DNA of 64,000 bases from Chrysomallon squamiferum (GCA_012295275.1 CM022676.1:2542001-2606000); one strand, 5' to 3'. Shown: positions 37,101-52,571, counted from the first letter of the stretch. Program-made: numbers and translations. Notes: a model not told the origin generated them from the letters alone.

Positions 37101-40100
37101 TTACTATTTAATTACATACTCGTTTCTTTGCTTACTTACATTCTTACTTAGCTAAATCTTAAGGTACTTACTTACATTCTCACTTAATTAGTTTGCTTCT
37201 TTGCTAACTTAGCTTATTATATACGTTCTTCTATACTTTCTTTCTTACTTATATAAAAGCTAATGTCATTTCTTACCTTCTCATTTATTTAGCTTACTAT
37301 ATAGTTAATGAATCGCTTCCTTGCTAACTAAGTTCATTATATAGGAAGTTACTTGCATTCTTATTTAGATAATTGTTAATGTACATATTTATATTGTCAT
37401 TTCCTTAGTTACTTGCTTCCTTGCTTACATAGGTCATTACTTACATACTTACTTTCTTTCTTACTTAGATAATTGTTAATATACTTACTAGCAATCTCAC
37501 TTACTTAGTTACTTGATTCTTTGCTTAATTAGGTCATTATTTACGTACATACTTACTTTGTTTCTCACTGAGGTCATTGTCTACGTACATACTTATGTCT
37601 TTACCTAGATAATTGTTAATGTACTTAGTTTCATTCTCACTGACTTAGTTTATTCTTTACTTACTTACTCACTTCCTTGCTATCGTAGGTCATTATTTAC
37701 GTACTTTCTTACTTACTTAGATAATTGTTAATGTTCTTTCTTATATTCTCACGTACTTATGTTACTATTTACTTACTGAATCGCTTCCTTGCTAAGGTCA
37801 TTATTTATGTAGATAATTACATTCTTACTTAGATTATCGTTAATGTAATTACTTACATTCTCACTTACTTAGCTTACTATTTGCTTACTCACTCGCTTCC
37901 TTGCTAACATACGTCATTATTTACGTACGTTCTTACGTTCTTACTAAGATAACTGTTAGTGTACTTACTTACATTCTCATTTCCTTAGTTACTTGCGTCC
38001 TTGCTTACTAAGGTCATTATTTACGTACTTACTTACTTTCTGTCTTAATTAGATAATTGCTAAAGTATTTACTTACATTCTCACTTACTTAGGTTAGTAC
38101 TTACTTCCTTCCTCGCTTCCTTGCTAACTTAGGTCATTATTTACGTACTTTCTTACTTTCTTTCTTAGATAATTGTTAATGTACAAATTACATTCTCACT
38201 TCCTTAGTTACTTGCTTCCTTGTTTACATAGGTCATAATTTAGTTACTTACTTACTTTCTGTTTTACTTAGATAATTGTTAATGTACTTACTTACATTCT
38301 CACTCACTTAGGTTACTATTCACTTACTTACACTTTTTCTTCACTACTTAGGTCATTATTCATGTAACTACATACTTTCTTCGTTAGATAATTTTTAAAG
38401 TACTCACTTGCTTTCTCACTTACTTACTTACTTGCTTTCTTGCTTATTGAGGTCATTATTTAGGTACTTACTTACTTTCTTTCTTTCTTAGATAATTGTT
38501 AATGTAATTATTTACATTCTCACTTACTTAGCTTACTATGTACTTACTCATGCGCTTCCTTGCTAACTTCCATCATTATTTACGCAGTTACTTGTATTCT
38601 TACTAAGATAACTGTTAATGTACTTACTTACATTCTCATTTCCTTAGTTACTGGCTTCCTTGCTTTCTAAGGTCATAATTTACGTACTTACTTACTTTCT
38701 GTCTTAATTAGATAATTGCTAATGTATTTACTTACATTCTCACTTACTTCGGTTGCTTTTCACTTACTTACTCGAATCCTTGCTAACTTAGGTTATTATT
38801 TACGTACTTACGTACTCTCTTACTTAGATAATTCTTAGTGTACTTACTTATATTCTTACTTACTAAATTACCTGCTTCGCTGCTTAGATAGGTCATTATT
38901 TACGTACATACTTACTTTCTTTCTTGTTTAGATAAATGTTAATATACTTACTTATATTCCCACTTTCTTTGGTTACTATTTAGTTACTTACTCGCTTCCT
39001 TGCTAACTAAGGTGATTATCTACGTAGTTACTTGCAGACTTACTTACATAATGGGTAATATACTTACATACAATCTCACTCTGGTTACTATTTACTTACT
39101 TACTCGCTTCCTTCCTTACTGACAATCTTTCTTAGCTAATTTTTTATGTAATTACTTACATTCTCTCTTATTTAGTTTGCTTCTTTGCTAACTTAGCTTA
39201 TTATGTACGTCCTTACATACTGTCTTTCTTGCTTATATAATTGCTAAAGTAATTACTTACATTCTCACTTACTTAGCTTACTATTTACTTACTGAATCTC
39301 TTCATTGCTAACTAAGGTAATTATTTACGTATTTACTTAAATTCTTATGTAGATAATTGTTAATGTACATATTTACATTCTCATTTCCTTAGTTACTGGC
39401 TTCCTTGCTTACATAGGTAATTATTTACGTACTTACTTTCTTTCTTACTTAGATAATTGTTAATATACTTACTAGCATTCTCACTTACTTAGTTACTTCC
39501 TTCCTTCCTTACTTATGTCATTATTTACGTTCTTACTTACTTTCCTTCTTACTTAGATAATTGCCAATGCAATTACTTGCATTCTGCCTTACTTAGTTAC
39601 TTGGTTTCTTCCTTACTTAGGTCATTATTTACGTTCTTACATACTTCCTTTTTTACTTATATAATTGCTAATGTAATTACTTACAATCTCACTTACTTAG
39701 CTTACTACTTACTTACTTACTCGATTCCTTACTTAGGTCATTATTTACGTACTTACTTACTTTCTTACTTAGATAATTGTTAATATACTAACTTGCATTC
39801 TCATTTCCTTAGTTACTTCTTCATTGCTTACTTAGGTCATTATTTACGTACTTACTTACTTCCTGACTTACTTAGATAATTGCTAATGTATTTCCTTACA
39901 TTCTCACTTACTTAGTTTAGTATATACTTACTTACTCGCTTCCTTGCTAACTTAGGTCATTAGTTACGTACTTTCTTTCTTAAATAAATGTTAATGTACT
40001 TAATTACATTCTCACTTCCTTAGTTACTTGCTTCGTTGCTTACTTATGTCATTATTTAGTTACTTCCTTACAATTGTCTTACTTAGATAATTGTTAATAT

Positions 40101-43100
40101 ACTTACTTACAGTCTCACTCACTTAGGTTACTATTCACTTACTTACTCTCTTTCTTTCTAAGCTATGTCATTATTCATGTAACTAAATACGTTCTTCCTT
40201 AGATAATTTTGAAAGTACTTACTTGCATTCTCACTTACTTAGTTATTTGCTTTCTTGCAGATTCAGGTCATTATTTAGGTACTTACTTACTTTCTTTCTT
40301 ACTTAGATAATTGTTAATGTATTTACTTACTTAGGTTGCTATTTACTTACTTACTCCCTTCCTTACTTAGATCATTATTTACATACTTACTTACTTTCTT
40401 ACTTAGATAATTGTTAATTACTAACTTGCATTCTCATTTCCTTAGTTACTTCTTCCTTGCTTACTTAGGTCATTATTTACCTACTTACTTACTTCCTGAC
40501 TTACTTAGATAATTGCTTATGTATTTCCTTACATTCTAACTGACTTAGGTTAGTATTTATTTCCTTATTCGCTTCGTTGCTAACATAGGTCATTATTTAC
40601 GTACTTACTTACATTCTTTCTTATATAATTGTTAACGTACTTAATTACATTATCACTTCCTTAGTTACTTGCTTCGTTGCTTCCTTAGATCATTATTTAG
40701 TTACTTACTTACTTTCTGTCTTACTTAGACAATTGTTAATGTACTTACTTACATTCTCACTCACTCAGGTTACTATTCACTTACTTACTGTCTTTCTTCC
40801 TAACTTAGGTCATTATTCACGTAACTAAATACTTTATTCCTTAGATAATTTTCAAAGTACTTACTTACATTCTCCCTTACTTAGTTACTTGCTTTCTTGC
40901 TTACTTAGGTCATTATTTACGTTCTTACATACTTTCTTTCTTACTTATATAATTGCTACTGTAATTACTTACAATCTCACTTACTTAGCTTGCTATTTAC
41001 TTACTCGGTTCGTTGCTGAGGTCATTATCTACGTACATACTTATGATCTTACATAGATAATTGTTAATGTACTTACTTACATTCTCACTGACTTAGTTTA
41101 CTATTTACTTACTTACTCGCTTCCTTGCTACCATTGGTCATTATTTACGTACTTACTTACTTAGATAATTGTTAATGTTCTTTCTTATATTCTCACTTAC
41201 TTAGCTTACTATTTACTTAATTACTCGCTTCCTTGCTAACTCAGGTAATTATTTATGTAGATAATTACATTCTAACTTATATAATTGTTAATGTACTTAC
41301 TTCAATTCTCACTCACTTAGTTTACTCTTCGCTTACTAACTCTCTTTCTTCCTAACTTAGGTCATTATTCATGTAACTACTTCCTTAGATCATTTTTAAA
41401 CTTGCTTACTTGCTTGCTTCCTTGCTTTGTAAGGTCATTATTTACGTAATTCCTTACTTTCTGTCTTAATTAGATAATTGCTAATGTATTTACTTAAATT
41501 CTCACTTTCTTAGGTTGCTATTCACTTACTTACTCGCTTCCTTGCTAACAGGTTATTATTTACGTACTTAGGGAGTTTCTTACTTAGATAATTGTTCGTG
41601 TACTTACTTACATTCTCACTTACTTAGTTACCTTCTACCCTGCTTACATAGGTCATTATTTACGTACATACTTACTTTCTTTCTTACTTAGATAATTGTT
41701 AATATGCTTACTTATATTCTCACTTTCTTGGGTTATTATTTACTTACTTACCCGCTTCCTTGCTAATTAAAGTCATTATCTACGTAGTTACTTGCATTCT
41801 TAATTAGATAATGGTTAATATACTTACTTACGTTCTCACTGAGTTATGTTACTCTTTACTTACTTACTCGTTTCCTTGCTTACTTACATTCTTTCTTAGC
41901 TAATTCTTAATGTACTTACTTACATTCTCACTTACTTAGTTTGCTTCTTTGCTAACTTAGCTTATTATTTACTTTCTTACATTCTTTCTTACTTATAAAA
42001 TTGGTAATGTAATTACTTACATTCTCACTTACTTAGCTTAGTATTTACTTACTGTCTCGCTTCCTTGCTAACTAAGGTTATTATTTACATAGTTAGTTAC
42101 ATTCTTATTTAGATAATTCTTGATGAACATACTTACATTCTCATTTCCATAGTTACTGGCTTCCTTGCTTACATAGGTCATTATTTATGAACTTACTTTC
42201 TTTCTTACTTAGATAATTGTTAATATACTTACTATCATTCTCACTTAATTAGTTACTTGCTTCCTTCCTTACTTAGGTCATTATTTACGTTCTTACTTAC
42301 TTTCTTTCTTACTTAGATAATTGCCAATGCAGTTACTTGCATTCTCTCTTACTTAGCTTACTATTTACTTACTTACTCGCTTCCTTACTTAGGTCATTAT
42401 TTACGTACTTACTTTCTTACTTAGAAAATTGTTAATGCACTAACTTGCATTCTCACTTACTTTCTTACTTGAATCCTTGCTTTCTAAGGTCATTATTTAC
42501 GTACATACTTACTTTCTTACTTACTCAGATAATTGTTAATGTTCTTTCTTATATTCTCACTTACTATGGTTACTATTTACTTAATTACTCCCTTCTTTGC
42601 TAACTAAGCAGATTATTTATGCAGATAATTACATTCTTACTTATATAATTGTTAATGTTCTTGCATTATTATGTACTTAGGTAATTTTTTATGTTCTTAC
42701 TTACTTTTTTAGTTACTCGTGTAATTGTTTCCGTGCTTATATTCTTTCTTACTTACTTAGGTAATTATATTCTTACTTACTTACTTTATTTCTTACTTAC
42801 TTACATTATTTCTTACTTAGGTATTTATTTACGTTCTTTCTTACGTTCTTTTTTCTTAACTAATTATTTACGTACTTACTTACTTCCTTACTTATTTAGG
42901 TAATTATTTAGGAAAATACTTCCTTTCTTACTTACTTAGGTAATTATTTACGAACATTCTTCCTTTCGTTCTTATTTTGGTAACTATTTACCTACTAACT
43001 TGTTTTCAAACTTACTTAGGAAATTATTTACGTACCTCTTTTCTTTCTTACATACTTTGGTAATTATTTACGAACGTTTTTTCTTTCTTAGGTAATTATT

Positions 43101-44070
43101 TACGAACATACTTCCTTTCTTACTTACTTAGGTAATTATTTGCCTACTAACTAGCTTTGTTGCTTACATAGACTATTATTTACGTACTTACTTGCTTTCG
43201 TACTTGCTTACTTTATTTCTTATTTAGGTAATTGTTTTTCGTACTTACTTACTTTCTTGTTTACTTAGGTAATTATATATGAACATACTTCCTTGCTTAC
43301 TTACGTAATTATTTACTTACTTACCAACTTTGTTTCTTACATATATAATTATTTACGTACTTACTTGTTTTGTCATTTGCTTAGGTGTTTATTTACGTTC
43401 TTACTTAGTTTTCTACTTCGGTAATTATGTTCTTACTTACTTTCTTTTTTACTTATTTTGGTAATTATTTACGCATTTACATAGGTAATTATTCAAGTAC
43501 CTACTTTCTTTCCTCTTTTCCTAGGTAATTATTTACGTACTTGCATTTTCTCCTACCTACATAATTATTTACGTACTTGCATTTTCTCCTACCTACATAA
43601 TTATTTACGTACTTTCTTTCTTACTTAGGTAATGATTTAAGTACTTACTTACGTTCATTCTTACATAGGAATTTATTTACGTACTTTCTTACTTTCCTTC
43701 TTGCTTAGGTAATTATTTTCCTTCTTACTTGCTTTATTACTTACCTAGGTAATTATTTACGTACTTACATGTTCTCCTACCTACATAATTATTCATGTAC
43801 TTTCTTTCTTACTTACTTAGGTAGATATTTACGGACTAACTTACATTCTTACCTACTTCCTGATTATTTACCCACTTCCTAATTTCTTTCTGTCTTTGGT
43901 AATTATTAATGTACTTACTTTCTTCTTTCCTTAGGTAATTATTTACGTACTTGCATACTTTCTTTCTTTGGTACTTATTTACGAACTTACATACGTTTGT
44001 TATTACTCAGGTTATTAGGTACTTACTTTATTTCTTCCTTATGTGAATATTTATGAACTTGCTTACAAAC
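31170..44070. repeat. Tandem satellite array 2: (TTAC)-derived ~36-40 bp monomer arranged as ~100/~117 bp higher-order units
   Basis: Recurring ttagataattgttaatgtacttacttacattctcacttacttag...cttccttgc...taggtcattatttacgtac. A simpler monomer ttaggtaattatttacgtacttac occurs at both edges. Strong C/T strand bias. Confidence 0.97.
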
Positions 44071-44197
44071 AAACACATACCCATATACACACACTAACAT
44101 ATACACACATATTCTATTACACAAGACCATTTACATAGGAATATACACATACATGCAGAGATAAATATAGGCATATACGCATACATATTTATTTGTG

Positions 44198-44307
<110 letters not shown>

Positions 44308-45327
44308 ATTCTGTTGGAGAACTCATCACTGCTGTCAAACAAGAAATTAAAACAAAGTAATTTTTCTATTATTCGTGACAAAAGTTAAGTAAATTTATTA
44401 CACAGAAAGAAGCTATAACTAAACAAAACAAATGATACAATTACCGGTACACCAAGCAGTACACACATAAAATAAACCTCTTTTCTGATATTAATTATCC
44501 TAAGAATATAAAACATCAAAATACTCATATAAAGTAAATCTCCTTACAAATATTATTTATACTACAAACAATAGATCAGCTTGTTAATTTTAATTATTCT
44601 GCAAACATTATACATATAAAATAAATCTCATTGCTAATATAAATACATACAAATACAAAACACGAACACGAAACACATTTAAACAAACAAACAAACTAAT
44701 ACCTTCTTTATTGAAAATATCAATCACATGACGTTTATTCAGATTTAATTATCATAAAACGAAATATAGTTATGTTCTTTAAAAAAGGTATGATATCCTG
44801 GAGGTATAAGACACTGTGTCTACAATTTAAATAAGTGTAACTTAATCATACTTTCTACTGCATTACACAAAAATCATGTAGAGAAACACAAACACACGTA
44901 CGTACAAACACGGGTCTGTATTTTAATTGTTCAGTATTTTCTCGTACAAATCTTTTGCTGTCGTGACTGGGAAAATGTGACCATATTCATTCTATTGTAT
45001 TCCTGTGACGTCATCAGACCTACTTTGCTGCAGTGCATCACGTGATCTGTCTCTATTGTGATGTCTTGGTTCTAGATTTACATAACTTCTTCTGTTTTCT
45101 GACTCATAATTGGTTGATCCGCTTCCGAGTTGGTTTTGTTCAGCTGAGTCACGTACTTTGAGTCTATGCACTTTATACTATGACGTCTTCATAGCTGTAA
45201 TATAATCATTTATTTAAAAAAAAAAAAATCATTTTTTAGAGTTGCATGCTTTATATATATAGTTGGATAAGTAAGGAAAAAAATGAAGAGACAGACAGAC
45301 TACTGTAGAGAGTAAAAGTCAAACTAC

Positions 45328-45522
45328 ACTGCTTCACCGTTTCACAGACGTACACGACGAAGAAAACGCCGACTACGACGCATAACGCAGAAGAGACTAC
45401 AGCAACGGCAGTTACAGCAGTTTTGTTACATTCACAATCGATGATATTTTCTTTTACAGTCGATGAGTCAGCAATATCTGTGGACTTTGTAGCTGGGTTG
45501 GGAGGCAACGTTAAATATGTTC
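45328..45522 (-). CDS. Stalk and transmembrane exon of gene C
   Basis: TYLTLPPNPATKSTD...CECNKTAVTAVAVVSSALCVVVGVFFVVYVC. Confidence 0.75.
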
Positions 45523-45697
45523 CTATAATTGATGATTATAAACCAAGTCAATATCATCCATGATTACATCGAATATACTATCACAATATTTTACTGATAA
45601 AATTATTCAGTCAGTGTATTCAAATTAATTTTGAACTTCAAGGTAAACATAACCAACTTTACTGTAAAGATGCATTGGAAAAATAATTGTTTAAGGC

Positions 45698-45752
<55 letters not shown>

Positions 45753-46900
45753 TATCATATCATATTTTTTTATCTATATTTTATAGCTATTTTCATTATT
45801 ACATCTAAATCTTATAAATTTAGGAGTAACTGTAAAGCTTACCAAGCAGTATAAACCACGAGTTTCAAACTTGTAAAGTTATAAGCATCAAATATCATAA
45901 AATAAAAATATCGTAGTATCTATAGTGCAGAAAAACAATAAAAAAAATGTCAGATTACTATTAATACCAAGATTTACTTTCAGTGTAAAATAAACATAAT
46001 GCCTACAAAAAAAAAATAATAATAAAATTCAAAAATTAACATGGGTAAGTTTACAAATATACTTCCTGGTTTGATGAGCGTTTCTGTAATATAAAAACAA
46101 AAGATATGTTGAGAAATAAACAATTATGAAAAATATTTTACTTTCTGAGATAAATGTTAAAATATTTATGTTGTAACAGACATTATTAAAAATCTACACA
46201 AATATAAATCCGTCATTTCACAATTATCTTTACCCGATGACTAACAGAGCAATAATTAGAGTGTCTTGTATGATATTATTTAGACGGTGGCATTAACTGA
46301 AATCTAATTGTGTATGATCTACTGTCCTGGTACGTTTGAGTTAAATTTTAAACTGAAATGAGTGAGTATTAACATTGTTTATACATAAACAAGACGGTAC
46401 TTTTCATTTAAAAAAAAGAAAAAAAGAGTTTTAGAAATAAAATAATTATTACTTTTATACTGATATAGGACAAAAACAAACAGGAAAACAGAAACACATG
46501 CAGAAGTGCTTAGATGACGTGAAACCTGCATACTGCAGAAAGATGCTTAGCTGCAGTGATTAACAGAAAAATGGAAAGAAAGTAACGCAATAGACTTGAG
46601 TGCAGTGCTAATACACTGACTGTTCATAGTGTGTGTTTCAACACATCAAGTAGCCTATTCGTGTTGGGTGACTGAAAGAAAATAAATCATTATTTACGTA
46701 ATTCAATAAGCTGGCATCTAGAAGAAATGACAAAACACAGAGATTAACAACTTAAAACAGGACATAACATCGACATGATGGCTGTCATTTTTATTAAATC
46801 ATTGCCTTCTTAAAACAATGTTGTTATACGTTACATATAACAGTGGTTTGTTCAGACAGCAATGATTTTCATTCTAAAACCAATTAAATTGAAATCTTAC

Positions 46901-47233
46901 TTTTAGTATTGATGGTAAAGTTTGCAGAATACAGCTCGTTGTTACCCGCAATGCATCTAAACATTCGTCTCTTGTCACTGAGAGATACAGTGTGTGCTAA
47001 AACAGAACTTCCTCTGTTCTGACACCCAGATAGTCTAGGTGGGTCATCTTTGATTCTGTCAATGTATGGGTACGAGATCCACTTCATGTCAGCAGCGTAC
47101 TTCCAGTGCCACGACCACGACTGTGCTGGGTTACCAACATTTCCATTACACCTGATTTCTACAGTTTCATTGACAACATAGGAGTTGAACTCCTTTCTTG
47201 GTGTCACGATTATTTCATCTTCACCTGGCTTTC
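46901..47233 (-). CDS. C2-like Ig exon of gene C (open)
   Basis: KPG...VEIRCNGNVGNPAQSWSW...GCQNRGSSVL...DKRRMFRC, 333 bp phase 1-1. Confidence 0.85.
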
Positions 47234-47293
47234 CTGAAACAGAAAAAATCACGAAATAAATAAACACTACGTTTTTCTATAATTTAGTTCCGT

Positions 47294-47337
<44 letters not shown>

Positions 47338-47699
47338 GACATATGAATTTTGTATTATATACAAATGTACTTTTTTCGACTAATTTTGAAAAGTAATTGT
47401 CTGTGTTGAACATTTTCTGTCTCGCTTATTGACTCAGATCTTTTACACAAGTAGAAATAACAGACATAAAACACACGAACATTTCGCATTATCTGAAATG
47501 ACATCTTCAATTACTTTCTCTAGAAATGTTGTATAATCAGTAATAACAGAAGTGAATTCACCCAAATTCGTCAACAACTAATATTATATAAAACCAAGTT
47601 TTACCTTCCTTTCGTTGGTAAAGTTATATAATCAACAACAACAGAAATGAAATTCTCTAAATGCACGACAACTCATAAAAATAAATCGTTTTCACTTAG

Positions 47700-48101
47700 T
47701 TTGAATGGTGATGTTATCAGAACTTTCAGAGGTATCTGCACTACCAGCAAGTGTGTAATAGGCAATTACACATAAATATTCTCCTGAATCACTGCAAGTC
47801 ATACCTGTCAGTTCAGTCTGGACAAAAGATCCTGATTTGTCATTGTTGTCAGAATTTCATGTCATTGTCGCTCTAGATACAAAGTTGTTTACATCTTTTG
47901 AAACAGATTTACCTCCATTCTTTACTGTGACAGCAGAAGCTATCGTAACATCAGTACTGGGATTGCTGAGAAGTCTTCTCGTCACTGATACAGAATTAAG
48001 TACACCAACATGACTGATGCTGTTACCAAGACTACATCTGACTGTCACAGGAACTCCTTCGTAAACAGGACTTGGGCTGATTGTGAGTTGTGCGGCTTCA
48101 C
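47700..48101 (-). pseudogene. V-type Ig exon of gene C with one in-frame stop
   Basis: QLTISPSPVYEGVPVTVRCSL...SVSVTRR...TIAS...RATMT*NSD...SFVQTELTGMTCSDSGEYLCVI: D-x-G-x-Y-x-C motif read in the same frame through the TGA. Confidence 0.85.
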
Positions 48102-49090
48102 CTGTAAATAAATATGAACAAAAAATAACTTTAAAGTGTAGTATACGTTTTCAATGTCGATGTTATATATTTCTTAATCTGAATAATACGTTTATCATAT
48201 AAATCAGAAGAAAACATTAATTTTAATTTAATGACATTGCTTCCATATTTCAAACATTTCATCAGATAATGTAGCGAAACTGATGTCAAATTCATAGAAT
48301 AATACATTAGTAATGTATTTAAATAAATTTAAAGCACTATATTTGAAAGAAAAAAATTGAAACAATAAGATTCTCAAGAGATTATTTAAAATGCAAAAGA
48401 TTAATAATAGAATAAAAACATTTTTCGAAATAAAATGTAAATAAAAACATAGTAAGTATTTAAGATGAAAGTATAATTGACGGGAGTAACATGATTATAT
48501 TTTTCAAACACGCCAATACACTCAGAGAGATAGAGAAAAGGACAGACAGACAGACAGACAGAGAGAGACACCGCCAAGCACACAGTACAAATAGATTTCG
48601 TATACATTTCAAAAATAATGTAACGGTCTGAATGTTGGTATAAATATACTGCAATATCAGTCAGATAACATCGCATGTACCTGAAGCAGATACATTATGA
48701 TAAAGATACTCGGCTATAAATATAAAACGACCACTAGAGAACTATAAATATATGACCCCAACACTGCACTTATGCAAACTAAAAATCACTTGTAAACCCT
48801 GTTTATAAAATACTTCCTGGTCTCGTCAACGTGTCTGTGACGTAGAAGAGTAACAGTCAATGTTAAACAAAATATACACAGACACACCCAGACACCCAAC
48901 ACATACACAGACACACACACACAACTACATTATATTACATTACATACAATCAGTTAGATAAAATAGAATGATGAATAAAATTAATTTGTTAAACGCATTT
49001 ATAAAAAAAATCACTTCCTGTATTTCTCGATAGGTCAAAACTGAAGACTTGTATTTAGAGATAAACAAAAACAAATTAAGTAAAACTCAC

Positions 49091-49145
49091 CAGTTGAAGT
49101 CAGTGTTAAACTTGTTAACAAAATAACAGTCATTACTGTGGACAT
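49091..49145 (-). CDS. Signal-peptide exon 1 of gene C
   Basis: ATG...MSTVMTVILLTSLTLTST G|gtgag; phase matches exon 2 (GEAAQL). Confidence 0.8.
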
Positions 49146-49229
49146 TATTAAACAATCTAAGAACAACGTAAATGAAGAAATGTAACAGCGAGCTACTCCC
49201 TAGTTACTTTCCACAGGTTGTAAGTTATG

Positions 49230-49241
49230 GGTCACGTGACC
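49230..49241. promoter_or_regulatory. Perfect palindrome GGTCACGTGACC (CLEAR/USF/MiT-TFE-type E-box) upstream of gene C
   Basis: About 85 bp upstream of the ATG; retained as a variant in paralogue D. Confidence 0.55.
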
Positions 49242-49723
49242 AGTGAGATATAGAAGGTATACCCTCTGTGGCTGTTGTCTCCCCGCTTCTACCGAACATT
49301 TCACAAATTAAATCGGCTATTTAACCGTGAGTTAGTTTTAGAACAGTAATTAACCTTCATAAACTGTTGGATTGTGCGGACATTCTGACATACTTGTTAT
49401 TTGCTTATGCACTTGTTCTTTCTTTGTTTATTTATGTACTTATTTATTTATTTATTTATTTATTATGGTAGCAGTAATAATATTGTAGCCTAGTCTGATA
49501 AAGCAGAAGACGACAGTTCACATGTTAAAAAGCAGAAATGTTTTATTTTACCAGTTTCTGTCAGTTATCTTGTGCTGTTAAGTTTCAGACTGACAGAGGA
49601 AATGTGGTGACGACTAAAATAAGTTATTTGATTAAAAACAACGCGGTTTTCACAGACAGGATCAACATACCCCATCATTTAATAACCACACTAGGGCCTG
49701 TGGCTGGAACGAGAAATTGATAA

Positions 49724-49953
<230 letters not shown>

Positions 49954-50062
49954 ATTTCTCTAATATTTGAAAAGAGATAGAAAGAGGACGGGTGAACAAA
50001 GAGAGAGTGAGTGATACAGATACATATTATATTAAGAAAAAATATAATAAATAATAAAACAA

Positions 50063-50124
<62 letters not shown>

Positions 50125-51484
50125 TATCTATAAAGAATTAAAAAGTTCAGGTCACCTTATTTGAAAGAAAAAATGAACTTTTTAATTGCTATGACACGCA
50201 CAGAGAGGCTGACTGGATGGACGCAGACCGGAGAAACACCTAATTTTGACATCTGAATCGCAGAGTTTACACTTAAAACGAGGGAGCAGAAAGAAAAAAA
50301 AAATGTAGATATTTCTGTAAAATGTTTTTTAAGAAAAAGATAAAAATATGTTCTAATTTTAGACTTAATTGAGCAGGATAACTCAACTGTATATTAAAGA
50401 AACAAAGAAATAAATTGTGTTTAATATGAATTATTTAGCGTGTGTGCGTGTGTGTGTGCGTGTGTGTGTGTGTATGTGTGTGTGTGTGTATGTGTGTTTA
50501 ATGTTTTATTCTCCGTGCATGTTACGATAATAAAATTGTTGCATTAAACAACTGAAGAAAATGAAATTATTGTTAATTTCCTTTTTCTTGAAACCAGTCC
50601 TAAATGTACATATTTTGCTTTTCTTTTCCTCTTATTTATTTATTAATTTTTATCAGTGCAAGTAATATATATTTTTTTTATTCTGCTCATTAATCTCCCC
50701 TCGATATAATCATAATAATAATAATAGTAATATTACTAGTAATAATAATAATAATTATAACAATACTACTAAATTAATATGAAGTTACTTTAAGCATTAA
50801 CCTTTTACAACTTTTGGCTTTTATGACAAAAGAATTATAACTTGCACCTTTTCTTTTCATTTACTTCGTTTAGAAATGTTAATCAGTATTTGTTTAACTT
50901 TTATTAAATTGAATTTAATTTAGTTTTATTTCTTATTCAAGCTTTCCATTTATATATTAAAAATTAAATTATGATCACAAATGGAATAAATATGAAATTA
51001 AAATGAATTTGTTCACTACATAACTTTTCTTCCTTTCTTAATAAATGAAAAATAAATAGTTTGTTGTTGGAATCTTTTTTTTTTTTTTTTTTGTATTTAT
51101 TATTAGTAGTAGTAATACTAGTAGTTGGACTAGCAGTAGAAGTAGTTTCCCTTTCTTTTTCCTAGACGTTATTTTGTGACATATTTAGAGTTAAGGTTAT
51201 GTGAATGGCTAAGACTTGGGTCAGAAATATTTTGTAGATAAAACGCGTCAAATGTTAGAAATGTGTTTTAGAATAAAAAAAAATAAATAAAAAATAAAAT
51301 GAAACAACAACAACAACAACAACAACAATATCAGTAAGAACAACAACAATAATAAATAAATAAATAAAATAAATTAATCCACTAAATCCAGGACATTGCT
51401 TATCAAGGTTAGGAACAGATCTGAATGCTAATATTTCATAAAACATAATAAAGAATACCGTGGATATTAATTAATTATTAATTG

Positions 51485-51518
<34 letters not shown>

Positions 51519-51755
51519 AATGAGGGTTTGCTAGGATTAGGGCTTGATGTCAGTCTCAGTTTAAATGTTTAGTAAATAACCTGATGAAGCATTATGTACA
51601 ATACTTAAAATGATTCATTTGTAACTTACACACAAGAGTAAATGCATCACACTTATCAACTTGACTTTGATTTTTAAAATACCAATTATGATTGATGCAT
51701 GAGGCATCATATATATATATATATATATTTCTTCACTTTCTTATATTTATATGTA

Positions 51756-51840
<85 letters not shown>

Positions 51841-52571
51841 GCTACCTTGTAATGTAAATAAAGTTTGTTAATGAAAATAGAAATATTAATAAAACAATAT
51901 ATTTTTAAGAATAAAGAAATATCTTTTAAACTGAATGTATTTAGTATACTAGAGTTTGCTATTAGTAAATCACAAACTTTTATTTATTGGAGGACATTTT
52001 GTTTTTGTATGTTTTACTCTTTTACACATTTTCGAGATGCACTTGGCTTCATTACACATAAGCTGAAAGATTATTTGTTTCTGGGATTTGATTTGACAAA
52101 GTGACAACTTTGCAAGAAAATTTGAATAACTAATTACCGCAGTTTTATTCAAATGTGAAGTTTGCTCGTCACCATTAATATGAACATTCCCGGCCACATG
52201 TTGCATGTATAGATACATGTATGAATGCGTTCTTCTTTGTAGTGTGCGTATTTATATTTGAATGCATTTTTATCTGTTTATTAAGGAAGAAAGGTTTTAT
52301 TTTTTCATCTAATACTCATTGTAACAATGCTTAATGTTTAATTCTTCCCAAAAATGTTGTTCCTAAAATCTCAGCTACTTGCGTTTGAAGTGTTTGTGAT
52401 AACATCTTTCTTCCTGAAATTCGCAACAATCATAAAGATGCAAGCGTTTATTATTGCATGTTCCCTGTATGAATTTAAAATATTTACCACAAACACCCTG
52501 TATGATGTTTCCATATAAATTATTTAATGAAGACATTGAGTACATTCAGCTGAATTATTTTGTATTTATTA

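Larger units (their letters stand above)
44923..49145 (-). pseudogene. Gene C: signal peptide-V-type Ig-C2-type Ig-stalk-TM-tyrosine-motif tail receptor (disrupted)
   Basis: Exons 49145-49091 (MSTVMTVILLTSLTLTST), 48101-47700 (V; TGA at 47857-47859; donor gt->ct), 47233-46901 (C2, open), 46083-46063 (21-bp microexon), 45522-45328 (stalk and TM), 45194-44923 (tail with two TAGs; SYVNL, YGHI-x9-YEKI). Confidence 0.83.

Noticed and set aside
31170-44070. Frequent TTAGG suggesting telomeric repeat; also L/T/Y-rich ORFs
   Set aside because: TTAGG occurs singly inside a longer monomer, never in tandem; the ORFs are low-complexity translations of (TTAC)n.
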